64,000 nucleotides of DNA from Xanthobacteraceae bacterium (GTDB lineage Bacteria; Pseudomonadota; Alphaproteobacteria; Rhizobiales; Xanthobacteraceae), in the NCBI GenBank assembly GCA_050010715.1, contig JBEKKM010000005.1:18687-82686 (forward strand), given 5' to 3'. Shown here in pieces: positions 54,657-63,212 of the stretch (its first letter is position 1; each line of letters starts with the position of its first letter). The notes beneath the pieces are model-generated. The model was not told where the DNA came from. It ran no database searches and was given only the letters and a program-made list of their open reading frames with translations. The position numbers and the translations under genes were made by a program.

Positions 54657-55517
54657 ATGAACCGGACACAACAACAATCCAGCTTGCCTATTTCCGAAGA
54701 CTTCACCGCGCCGATCACGCTGCCGCGCATGCCCGGCTTCGCCGAGGCGCCATATCAAATGTTGGCCGGAAAGCTCACGCGGCTCCTGGCGCGCAACGTG
54801 GCGACAAAAAAGCTGACGATGCGCAACCCGCGGCCCCTGGTCTCGTTCACGTTCGACGACGCGGCGGCGACGGCGTGCACCACGGGCGCCGCGCTGCTCG
54901 AGCAATTTCACGCCCGCGGCACCTTCTATGTCTCCGGCGAGAAATGCGGCAAGCCCAGTCCCACCGGACGGCTTGCGACCATCGAGCAGTTGAAAGCGCT
55001 GCATGCCAACGGGCACGAGATCGCGTGTCACACCTTTTCGCACATGCCGGTCGTCGGCATCAGCCGACAAGCTCTGGCGAGCGACCTCGACCGCAATCGC
55101 TTCTTCCTGCAAAGCATTCTCGGCCAAATTCCGATCGGCAACTTCGCCTATCCGTATGGCGACATATCGTTCGCCACCAAGCGCTATCTCGGCGGGCGCT
55201 ATGATTCCTGCCGCGCGACGACGCCCGGCGTGAACGCCGATATCGCCGATCTTGGCGTGTTGAAATCCAACGCGCTGGAACAGGCGTCGATGAGCCGCCA
55301 AGGCGTTACGCATCTCATTACCGAGACGGTGCGGCGTAACGGTTGGCTGCTATTCGCCAGCCACGACGTCAACGACACGCCGAGCCAGTACGGTGTGCGG
55401 CCCGAGCTCCTCACCTTCGCATTGCGCGGCGCGCTGGCCGCCGGATGCCGGCTTGTCAACGTCGCGCAAGCGCTTCGCATCCTGCGCGGCGAAGAGCCGA
55501 ATGGGGAGGCGGCGTGA
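54657..55517 (+). CDS. Polysaccharide deacetylase family protein
   Basis: 286 aa. VSFTFDDAAATACTTGAALLEQFHARGTFYV and HEIACHTFSH (NodB-type motifs). Confidence 0.85.
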   Translation: MNRTQQQSSLPISEDFTAPITLPRMPGFAEAPYQMLAGKLTRLLARNVATKKLTMRNPRPLVSFTFDDAAATACTTGAALLEQFHARGTFYVSGEKCGKPSPTGRLATIEQLKALHANGHEIACHTFSHMPVVGISRQALASDLDRNRFFLQSILGQIPIGNFAYPYGDISFATKRYLGGRYDSCRATTPGVNADIADLGVLKSNALEQASMSRQGVTHLITETVRRNGWLLFASHDVNDTPSQYGVRPELLTFALRGALAAGCRLVNVAQALRILRGEEPNGEAA

Positions 55518-55518
55518 C

Positions 55519-56475
55519 ATGAACACGGTCGCCCTGATAACGCCGACCTATTCGCACGATCTGGAGCGCTGCTCGCTGTTGTGCGAGAGCATCGATCGCC
55601 ACGTCAGCGGTTTTGCCAATCACTATCTCATCGTTCCGGACGATGAGCTGGCGCTGTTCGCCAAGTTCGATAACAGCCGGCGCCAGGTGCTGACACTGTC
55701 GCAACTGCTGCCGTCCTGGCTCAAGCCGCTGCCGCGCTTCATCCGCCGTCACAACCGGCAATATTGGTGGGCGATGCGCGGCAAGCCGGTCAACGGCTGG
55801 CACATGCAGCAATTCGCCAAGATCGCGACCGCCCATATGGTGCCGGAGACCGTGAGCTGCATGCTCGATTCCGACGTGGTGTTCTTCCGGCCGTTCGACC
55901 TGGCGGAGATGGCGCTGCCCAGCCTGATGCCGCTCTATATCAGGCAGCGCGAAGTGACCGCGGCAATGGCCAATCATTGCGACTGGGTGCGATCGAGCCA
56001 TCGGCTGCTCGGTCTGCAACGGCCTACGTTCCCGGCCGACGATTTCATCGGCCACATCATCTTCTGGAATCAGCAAGCCGTGCGGGCGATGACCGCGCGC
56101 ATCGAAGAGGTGACGGGGCTCGGATGGATCGACGCGCTTTACCGCGCCCACGCCATCTCCGAATACATGCTGTACGGCTTTGCCGTCTGCAGCGATGCCG
56201 AATTGCTGCGTCGCCATCGCTGCACGACGCAATCGCCGTGTTTCAGCTATTGGGACCGGGAACCGCTCGACGCCGCCGCCCTCGACACCATGCTCAAGGC
56301 GGTGCCCGAGCATTGCGTGGCGTTCTCGTCGGCGTCCATCAATGGCACCTCCGTGCATGACGTTCGCGCGGCGGTCGAGCGGTTAACCAATCCGCAACGT
56401 GCACTGAGCGGCGCCATGGCGCCGCCGGTAGCCCCGGCGCGGACGCTTGAACATCAAGTTAATAATTTGTTTTGA
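55519..56475 (+). CDS. Hypothetical GT-A-like protein (DUF6492-like), putative glycosyltransferase
   Basis: ATG 55519 is 1 nt after the preceding stop. MNTVALITPTYSHDLERCSLLCESIDRH and DxD-like MLDSDVVFF. Confidence 0.65.
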   Translation: MNTVALITPTYSHDLERCSLLCESIDRHVSGFANHYLIVPDDELALFAKFDNSRRQVLTLSQLLPSWLKPLPRFIRRHNRQYWWAMRGKPVNGWHMQQFAKIATAHMVPETVSCMLDSDVVFFRPFDLAEMALPSLMPLYIRQREVTAAMANHCDWVRSSHRLLGLQRPTFPADDFIGHIIFWNQQAVRAMTARIEEVTGLGWIDALYRAHAISEYMLYGFAVCSDAELLRRHRCTTQSPCFSYWDREPLDAAALDTMLKAVPEHCVAFSSASINGTSVHDVRAAVERLTNPQRALSGAMAPPVAPARTLEHQVNNLF

Positions 56476-56521
56476 CGCCAAAAAGCCGGGGTTAAGAAAC
56501 CCGGGCTATAGAACCTAAGCC

Positions 56522-57952
56522 ATGCTTGTCGGACAGACCGCGGTCAATTTCGCAGCCAATGTCATTTCGGCTGTCTTTGGCCTTATCAACGTCATGGTGT
56601 TCACGCGGCTGTTCGCACCGGCCGAGTTCGGCACCTACGTGCTTGGCGCCGGATTCGCCACCATCGCCAGCGCATTCATGAGCAACTGGCTGCGCCTTCC
56701 CATCATGCGCGAACAGGCGCGCGGCGATGGCACCGATATTCGCGGCATCCTGCTGCCGGGACTCATGCTGTCGTGCCTGTTGGCGCCGCTTGCCTATGTG
56801 GTCGCAGTTTTGGCGGGCATCGGCAGCGGGCCGGCGCTCGCCGCCGCCGGGCTGGCGCTCGCGGTCGGATTTTTCGAAATCGGCCAGGACCTGATGCGGG
56901 CGCGCCTGAAGGTCTTCACGGTGATGAAGGCAACGGTGGTACGCGCGGTTCTGGTTTCGGTCTTTGGCATCACGGTTTCGATCGCTGGGCATACCGGCGT
57001 CCTGCTGTTGATGTCGTCGGCCTTCGCCTATCTCTTGGCTGCGCTCGCCTTCGCCCCCGGGGTGTGGGCAGGGACCGTCATCAGCCACAACCGCGCCCGG
57101 CTCCTCGCGCTGGCAAAAGCCGGAATTCCGTTCACGGCGTCGCTCACCATCTATTCGCTGTCGAGCGTGATCGACCGCTTCATCATCGCCCATCTGATCG
57201 GTCCGGCCGCCGCCGGGCAATACAGCGCCGGTGCCGACCTTGTCCGGCAGGCCTTGATCATTCCCGCCATCAGCGCGGCGGCCGCTTTTTGCCCGCTCGC
57301 GGTGCGGATCTACGCCAATCAAGGACGCGACGCCGTTCGCTCTCATCTCGAAGAGTGCTTCGAGTTCCTGCTCGCGATGGTGCTGCCTGCCTCGGTAGGC
57401 TTCGCGGTCGTGTCGACCCAAATCGCCGATGTGGTGTTCGGCCCCGATTTCAGAATCATGGCGGCGGCGGCGATGCCGATCGTGTCGATCGCCGTCATCT
57501 TCCAGATCATGAGCTATCAATACCTGCACATCGGCTTTCTGTTGTCGGAACGCAATTCCTTCTATTTCTGGAACACGTCGCTGGTGCTGGTCGTCAATCT
57601 GGCCGTCAGCTACGTCTTGATTCAACAGATGGGCGCGGTCGGCGCGGCCTGGGGCCGGCTTGTTGCGGAGATTTTCGGCTTTGCCAGCGCGCTGGTGCTG
57701 ACGCGGTGGGCGTTTCCGATGCCGGTGCCGTTTCTCCGCATGACCCGGGTGCTGCTTGCCACGCTGGTCATGGCGTTCGTACTGCGCAGCCTTGAGCTTA
57801 CATTCGATCTGACCGGCAAGGATGCGCTGGCCATTCTGCTGCCGGCCGGCATCGCGACCTATTTGACGATGTGCTGGCTGCTCAACGTCGCCAAAGGCCG
57901 CGATCACCTCAACCGCGGCCTACTGATCGTGCGCAACGCCCTCGCACGCTGA
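56522..57952 (+). CDS. Oligosaccharide flippase (Wzx, MOP superfamily)
   Basis: 476 aa, about 12-14 TM. Typical polysaccharide-biosynthesis-protein N-terminus (NFAANVISAVFGLINVMVFTRLFAPAEFG). Confidence 0.85.
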   Translation: MLVGQTAVNFAANVISAVFGLINVMVFTRLFAPAEFGTYVLGAGFATIASAFMSNWLRLPIMREQARGDGTDIRGILLPGLMLSCLLAPLAYVVAVLAGIGSGPALAAAGLALAVGFFEIGQDLMRARLKVFTVMKATVVRAVLVSVFGITVSIAGHTGVLLLMSSAFAYLLAALAFAPGVWAGTVISHNRARLLALAKAGIPFTASLTIYSLSSVIDRFIIAHLIGPAAAGQYSAGADLVRQALIIPAISAAAAFCPLAVRIYANQGRDAVRSHLEECFEFLLAMVLPASVGFAVVSTQIADVVFGPDFRIMAAAAMPIVSIAVIFQIMSYQYLHIGFLLSERNSFYFWNTSLVLVVNLAVSYVLIQQMGAVGAAWGRLVAEIFGFASALVLTRWAFPMPVPFLRMTRVLLATLVMAFVLRSLELTFDLTGKDALAILLPAGIATYLTMCWLLNVAKGRDHLNRGLLIVRNALAR

Positions 57953-57996
57953 TAAGTTTGCAAGAACGAATTGCACCCGGCCGCGATGCGGTCCGG

Positions 57997-60222
57997 TCAG
58001 TCCTTCACTCTGCGGAACCAGAAGGAGCCGACATATGGATCGGGGCCGCGTTCGGCGAGGACCGGAAACGCGCGCTTGAACTGCGCCAAGTCCAAACGCA
58101 TGAGGTGATTCAACGAGCCGATGATCTCGAATTCGTCGTTGAAGGACAGAAAAGCCTCGAGCAGATACTGCTCGTTCCAAAAGCGCCGCTCCACATTCAG
58201 CCATTGTGCCGGATAGTCCCGCGGCGAGAAGATGTCGTGGACCTGGACGATGACCCCCTTGGGCAGGTTCGGCAGAATATGCAAAAACTCGAACTCGACG
58301 TCGCCCATGGGTCTTAGCGCATGGGAGGAATCGATGAAGACGATGTCGCCGGGGGACAGCGAGCGAAACAAAGTCAAATCGCTCTTTTCGATCACTTCGC
58401 GCTTGACCTCCACGCCGAGGTCTTCCAGCCACGGATTTTCGTAGGGCTCATAACAAATCTGCCGGCACGAATAGCGGCTGTCCTGCGCCTTCAAGTCCTC
58501 GATGGCGAAATGCGCGACGACCGTGGATTGCCCGCAGCCGACCTCGACGATGGTGCGCGGCTTGAAATGCCTGATCATGCAGTAAAGCGCCTCTGCATCA
58601 CCCGGACCGCAATAACCGTTCGAATAGGAGAAAGTCCGCCCGTGACTGCGGCGCCCTTCGAGCGACCGTAGCGCCATGCCGAAGTCGAATTGCGCGAGCA
58701 ATTGCGTTTGGCCGTCGATATTCCAATCGATGCCGGCAAGCGACCGCGGCACATCCGGATCGCGGAAGATGTGCTCGGCGCCGTAAGTCGGCTCGTGGTA
58801 GTGATTTGCCAGGATCGTGACGCCCGCCCGATCGAGCAGCCCGCGGACGGCTGGCAATGTCGCGCGGCGCGGCGCGGCAAATTTCAAGAACGGCAGAGCC
58901 GGGACGAAGAGAACCAAGGCAACGCAATCCCGGATCATGTTCTTCAGCTTCGCGGCCAAGACCTTTACGGCAGTGGAGCCGGCCGTTTGCGGTTGTACGC
59001 CGCTCCGCCTGGAACCCGACAACGGCAGCGCCGATGCCGCCGCTTCTTCACGATTGGTCGTTGCCACCTTGTCCATCATCGCCGCACGGGTCGCCGCAGT
59101 GGTGGCGCGCCACCAGCCGTTCCAATCGATCGCCGGCACAGAACGCCTGCCTTGCTTGGCAACTTTCAGGAGCTGATCGGCAACGGCGTTGAGATCGGCC
59201 CGTTCCGGAACGAACGACAATATGCCGGCTTCGATCAGCTTGGTGAAACCCGCATGATGGGCGAACTCGGCCATCGAACGTGGCGCCGTGACCACGACCG
59301 GCCGATCCGATTGCAGGGTGTGAATGACGCTCGACCGGCGCGCGGTGAGGCCTTCGGGGAACAGGAACAGGAAGGCTCCAACTTCATCGAACAGCGTATA
59401 GAGCTCCGCTTCATCGGCAATGTAGCCGGTGACGATGACCTGATCGGCGATGCCGTATTCGGCCACCTTGGACCAGAACTGCTGCTCGTAGCCGTCGAGC
59501 GATTTCATGAAGCTGCCGATGAAAACGATGCCGGCGCGGATGCCGCTGTTGCGGAGATTTGCGCAGACGTCGAGCAGCGCGGTGGCGGCCTTGCCTTTAT
59601 AGATCGCGCCGAAATACCCGATCACCACATCGCAGCTTTTGGCGGCTTCGCGCACGCGCAAGACACGGTCCGTGACGCGCGGTTCGACGGGGCGGCGGAT
59701 GGTCGGAGCATTCGGCACCAGCCGGCATTTTCTCGCCGCGCCCATGAGCCATGGCGTGCCGGCGATCTCGCCGGCGATGAACGGCGACACCACGATGATG
59801 GTGTGGCTGAGCAGCACGAACGGCGCCAGCGCCAGCCGGCGCAGCCAGTGCAGCGCCGACCATTCGTGCATGAAGACATTGACCCGGCAGCACGCCATGC
59901 GCGCGAATACCAGGACCACCAGCGGCAGCAGCAGCAACCTTTTCCAAGCCACCAAGGGGAAGCTGAAAACGACCTGATCGGCGGCGGCGATCTTGCGGAA
60001 GACGGCAGGCAGATCGCGCCAGCGACTTGAGACCGCGAGCACTGCATAGCCATCGTCCGGATAGTCGTTCTGCAGCGCGCTGACCAGGAGGCGCGCGAAC
60101 GACTCGACGCCGCACTCTTCCTTGCTCGGCGTCAGCAGGAACAGGCAGCGCTGCTGCGCCCGCCCGCCGGCCGGCGCGAACACGCTGTCGCGAACCGCAT
60201 CGGTGTTGAATTGGACATTCAT
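57997..60222 (-). CDS. Fusion protein: N-terminal GT4-like glycosyltransferase plus C-terminal class I SAM-dependent methyltransferase
   Basis: 741 aa. GT-B C-half motif VIVTGYIADEAELYTLFDEVGAFLFLFPEGLTARRSSVIHTL. C-terminal IVEVGCGQST...IVFIDSSH...VIVQVHDIF (Methyltransf_24-like). Confidence 0.78.
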   Translation of the reverse strand: MNVQFNTDAVRDSVFAPAGGRAQQRCLFLLTPSKEECGVESFARLLVSALQNDYPDDGYAVLAVSSRWRDLPAVFRKIAAADQVVFSFPLVAWKRLLLLPLVVLVFARMACCRVNVFMHEWSALHWLRRLALAPFVLLSHTIIVVSPFIAGEIAGTPWLMGAARKCRLVPNAPTIRRPVEPRVTDRVLRVREAAKSCDVVIGYFGAIYKGKAATALLDVCANLRNSGIRAGIVFIGSFMKSLDGYEQQFWSKVAEYGIADQVIVTGYIADEAELYTLFDEVGAFLFLFPEGLTARRSSVIHTLQSDRPVVVTAPRSMAEFAHHAGFTKLIEAGILSFVPERADLNAVADQLLKVAKQGRRSVPAIDWNGWWRATTAATRAAMMDKVATTNREEAAASALPLSGSRRSGVQPQTAGSTAVKVLAAKLKNMIRDCVALVLFVPALPFLKFAAPRRATLPAVRGLLDRAGVTILANHYHEPTYGAEHIFRDPDVPRSLAGIDWNIDGQTQLLAQFDFGMALRSLEGRRSHGRTFSYSNGYCGPGDAEALYCMIRHFKPRTIVEVGCGQSTVVAHFAIEDLKAQDSRYSCRQICYEPYENPWLEDLGVEVKREVIEKSDLTLFRSLSPGDIVFIDSSHALRPMGDVEFEFLHILPNLPKGVIVQVHDIFSPRDYPAQWLNVERRFWNEQYLLEAFLSFNDEFEIIGSLNHLMRLDLAQFKRAFPVLAERGPDPYVGSFWFRRVKD

Positions 60223-60538
60223 GTCGGCGCAGTTTTACCCAGGCTGCGTTAATAAATCGCTTGGCAAGCGGCTGCGTTAGCGAATGGCCGGCGCGGCGCG
60301 AACGCCTAACAGCCGCAGAGCGCTACGTAATTTCCGGCAATCGCATCGGCCCGCCCGGCAATCCGGCGCAAAATTAACCAATGCCGCTTCGATGCCAGAA
60401 TGCGGCGCCGTAAGCGCTTTGGCGAGCCGGACCTGGGGGTAACGTTACTGGCACGATTCACGGCTGATCGGGGCCTCTTGCGTTAGAATTCGAACGGTCG
60501 GGTGGTGGCGTCGCGGCATTAAGCAAACGAGCGTAGGC

Positions 60539-61672
60539 GTGACTGTCATTGATCTACCACCGCGTGGACGCGTCGCCTCCTTCAAGGTCGAGCTTGTTGC
60601 CGGCGGCAACCTGGCCGCCGCCGATTGGCCCCCGATCGCGGACGACCGCGATCTGCGGATGTACATCTTTCAGTCGCGGGAATTCCTCGACATTTGGCTC
60701 GACACGATCGGCAAGGCGAGCCGCGTCGAGCCCTGCTTTGTCGTGGTCAAGGACTCCGACGGGCGGCCGGTTCTCTATCTGCCGCTCATCATCGAAACCA
60801 AATTCAATGTCCGGCTGCTCCGCTTCATGGATTGCGGTGTCGCCGACTACAACGCGCCGATCGTGGCCTCGGACCGCCCGCTGTCGCGCCAAGAATTTCA
60901 CCAGGTGTGGGCGGACGTGTTGGCGCTATTGCCCGCCTTCGACGTCATCGACTTGAAGAAGATCGCAAGCGACGTCGCCGGCGCCGTCAACCCGCTCACC
61001 TATCTCGACTGCGCGCCCTTTGGCGAAAGCGGGCACACGATCGCACTGACCCGGTTGCGCGACCAGACCGATACACGGCGTGCGATCGTGCGCGTGCGGC
61101 GCAAGCTGCAAAGCTACGCCAAGGGGCTCAGCCAAATCGGCGAGCCGCGCTTCATCGTCAATCCTGCCGCTGCCGAAGCGGCACGGCTCATGGAGCGGCT
61201 ATTCGAGCTCAAGCGCCGAAAATATGAGCGCACCTCGACGCCGGATTTCCTAGCGATGCCCGGCGTCGAGCGCTTTTATCGCGAGATGATGAGCCCGGCC
61301 CGGCTCGGCACGATCAGCCATCTTGCGGCGCTGACGATCGGCGATACCGTCGCGTCGGCGCATCTCGGCTTCATCGGGCGCGGCCGGTTCTATTATATTT
61401 TCCCGGCCTACGACACGCAGTTCGGCCGCTACCGCGTCGGCCATCTCTTGTTGCAGCACCTGATCGACCAATCGGTGGCACAGGATTTCGACACTTTCGA
61501 CCTCGGCTTCGGTGACGCCTCCTACAAGAACAAATGGGCGACCCACCACTTCGCCCTCCATAGCCATGAGCGCGCGGTAACAGCCGCGGGACGGGTTTAT
61601 TTGCAGATGCGGCGGGTCGGCCGTATCGTCAGCGCGAGCGGTATCCGGACCTGGTTCAAGACTGCGAGCTGA
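60539..61672 (+). CDS. CelD/BcsL-like (FemAB/GNAT-fold, Acetyltransf_6) acyltransferase
   Basis: 377 aa, GTG start. C-terminal FYYIFPAYDTQFGRYRVGHLLLQHLIDQSVAQDFDTFDLGFGDASYKNKWA is typical of the family. Confidence 0.75.
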   Translation: MTVIDLPPRGRVASFKVELVAGGNLAAADWPPIADDRDLRMYIFQSREFLDIWLDTIGKASRVEPCFVVVKDSDGRPVLYLPLIIETKFNVRLLRFMDCGVADYNAPIVASDRPLSRQEFHQVWADVLALLPAFDVIDLKKIASDVAGAVNPLTYLDCAPFGESGHTIALTRLRDQTDTRRAIVRVRRKLQSYAKGLSQIGEPRFIVNPAAAEAARLMERLFELKRRKYERTSTPDFLAMPGVERFYREMMSPARLGTISHLAALTIGDTVASAHLGFIGRGRFYYIFPAYDTQFGRYRVGHLLLQHLIDQSVAQDFDTFDLGFGDASYKNKWATHHFALHSHERAVTAAGRVYLQMRRVGRIVSASGIRTWFKTAS

Positions 61673-61708
61673 CGGCCGGTTTTGGCCTTAGCCGAAATCC
61701 GTGCTTAT

Positions 61709-61842
61709 CGTTCGCGGGCCTGCCTCTGCCCTGGGCAGCGACGCATAAACTGGAAATTTATATGCGGACTTCCATTCGTGCGCGGGCCTGCCGCGGCCCC
61801 GGGCGGCCACGCATAAACTGGAATTTACATGTGGACTTCAAT
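61709..61842 (+). repeat. Tandem direct repeat, 2 x about 68 nt
   Basis: The CGCGGGCCTGCC...ACGCATAAACTGGAA(A)TTTA(T/C)ATG(C/T)GGACTTC unit starts at 61713 and again at 61781. Intergenic between the celD-like gene and the RND adaptor gene. Confidence 0.9.
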
Positions 61843-61979
61843 AAAGTGCCGCCGCGGAACGGGCCGGGGCGACAATCACCTTAACGAACTTTAATGCGGC
61901 CGACATTGCGCCTTAAGGCCAACAGGGCATAGTCCGCGAAGAAGGGCCGTCACTGACAGGTGAGGTAGTGGAAAAGTAA

Positions 61980-63212
61980 ATGCACTCCGGGCTTGAGCGA
62001 GGTGGAACGCAGAACCGAGTTGATTGGGTCGGACCTTTGAAAACTGGTCATCGGTCCCGGCGGCTGGTTATTTTTTCCGTGATAGGCGTCGCGGCATTGG
62101 CTGTGATTGCCGCGATCGTGATCTGGCGCCACGGCAAAACCACGCAGGTTGCCGGCCCGCCGATGGTGCCGGTCACGGTCGCCGAATCGTCGCAGCACGA
62201 CGTCCCGATCTATTACGACGCGCTCGGCACCGTGGCGGCCTACAACACCGTCGCCATCCGCGCCCAGGTCACCGGCCAACTGATTTCCGTCGACTTCCGC
62301 CAGGGCCAGGAGGTCCACCATGGCGACGTGCTGGCGAAGATCGACCCGGCGCCGCTCCAAGCCGTCCTCGATCAGGCCTTAGCCAAGAACGCCGACGATC
62401 AAGCGCAATTGATCGACGCCCAGAAGGATTTTACGCGGTTCACCACCCTGCAGGCCAAGAATTTCGATACGCAGCAGAACGTCGACCTGCAGCAAGCCAA
62501 GGTCGATCATTTCAAAGCCTCGATCGACGCCGATCAGGGCGCCATCGAGGCGGCGCAGACCCAGCTCGGCTTCACCACGATCACGGCGCCGATCGACGGC
62601 GTCGTCGGCTTTCGCCAGGTCGACGTCGGCAACATCATCCACACCACCGATGCCAATCCGCTCACGGTGCTGACTCAGATCAAGCCGTGCACGGTGATTT
62701 TCACGCTGCCGCAGAGCGATCTCGGCCCGGTGCGCGAGGCGATGCTGCACGGCAGCGTCTCCGTTCTCGCCTTCGATCAGAACGACAAGGAGCAGCTGGC
62801 CGAAGGCCACTTGCTGCTGATCGACAATCAGATCGACCAGACCACCAGCACGATCCGCCTGAAGGCCGAATTTCCCAACGAGGACGAGCGGCTGTGGCCG
62901 GGCGAATTCATCCGCATCCGCATCCTGATCACGACCCATAAGGATGCCGTGACCGTTCCGCCGGTCGCGGTGCAGCGCGGCCCGGACGGTTTCTATGTCT
63001 GGGTGGTCAAACCCGACAACACGGTGGAGCAACGTCCCATCGGCGCGCAGATGGTCAATGACGACATCGCGATCGCCAGCAAGGGCCTTGCCGCCGGCGA
63101 GCGGGTCGTGACCAACGGGCAATCGCGGCTCGACGTCGGCTCGCATGTCGTGATCAAGACTCCGCCGCCGGGCGGGCCACCGTCCGCGCAGCAGCAGGCG
63201 AACGAGAACTGA
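61980..63212 (+). CDS. Efflux RND transporter periplasmic adaptor subunit (MdtA-like)
   Basis: 410 aa. TM anchor, then VTVAESSQHDVPIYYDALGTVAAYNTVAIRAQVTGQL, ITAPIDGVVG and coiled-coil hairpin. The exact start is uncertain. Confidence 0.88.
   Translation: MHSGLERGGTQNRVDWVGPLKTGHRSRRLVIFSVIGVAALAVIAAIVIWRHGKTTQVAGPPMVPVTVAESSQHDVPIYYDALGTVAAYNTVAIRAQVTGQLISVDFRQGQEVHHGDVLAKIDPAPLQAVLDQALAKNADDQAQLIDAQKDFTRFTTLQAKNFDTQQNVDLQQAKVDHFKASIDADQGAIEAAQTQLGFTTITAPIDGVVGFRQVDVGNIIHTTDANPLTVLTQIKPCTVIFTLPQSDLGPVREAMLHGSVSVLAFDQNDKEQLAEGHLLLIDNQIDQTTSTIRLKAEFPNEDERLWPGEFIRIRILITTHKDAVTVPPVAVQRGPDGFYVWVVKPDNTVEQRPIGAQMVNDDIAIASKGLAAGERVVTNGQSRLDVGSHVVIKTPPPGGPPSAQQQANEN

Noticed and set aside
49091-61672. 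Calling the polysaccharide locus a horizontally acquired genomic island.
   Set aside because: No integrase, tRNA or flanking direct repeats are present in the window. The AT-rich spacers alone are not enough. This would need compositional statistics and comparative genomics that I cannot run.
61709-61842. CRISPR-like array.
   Set aside because: There are only two contiguous units with no spacers, no cas genes, and a unit length and architecture unlike CRISPR repeats.
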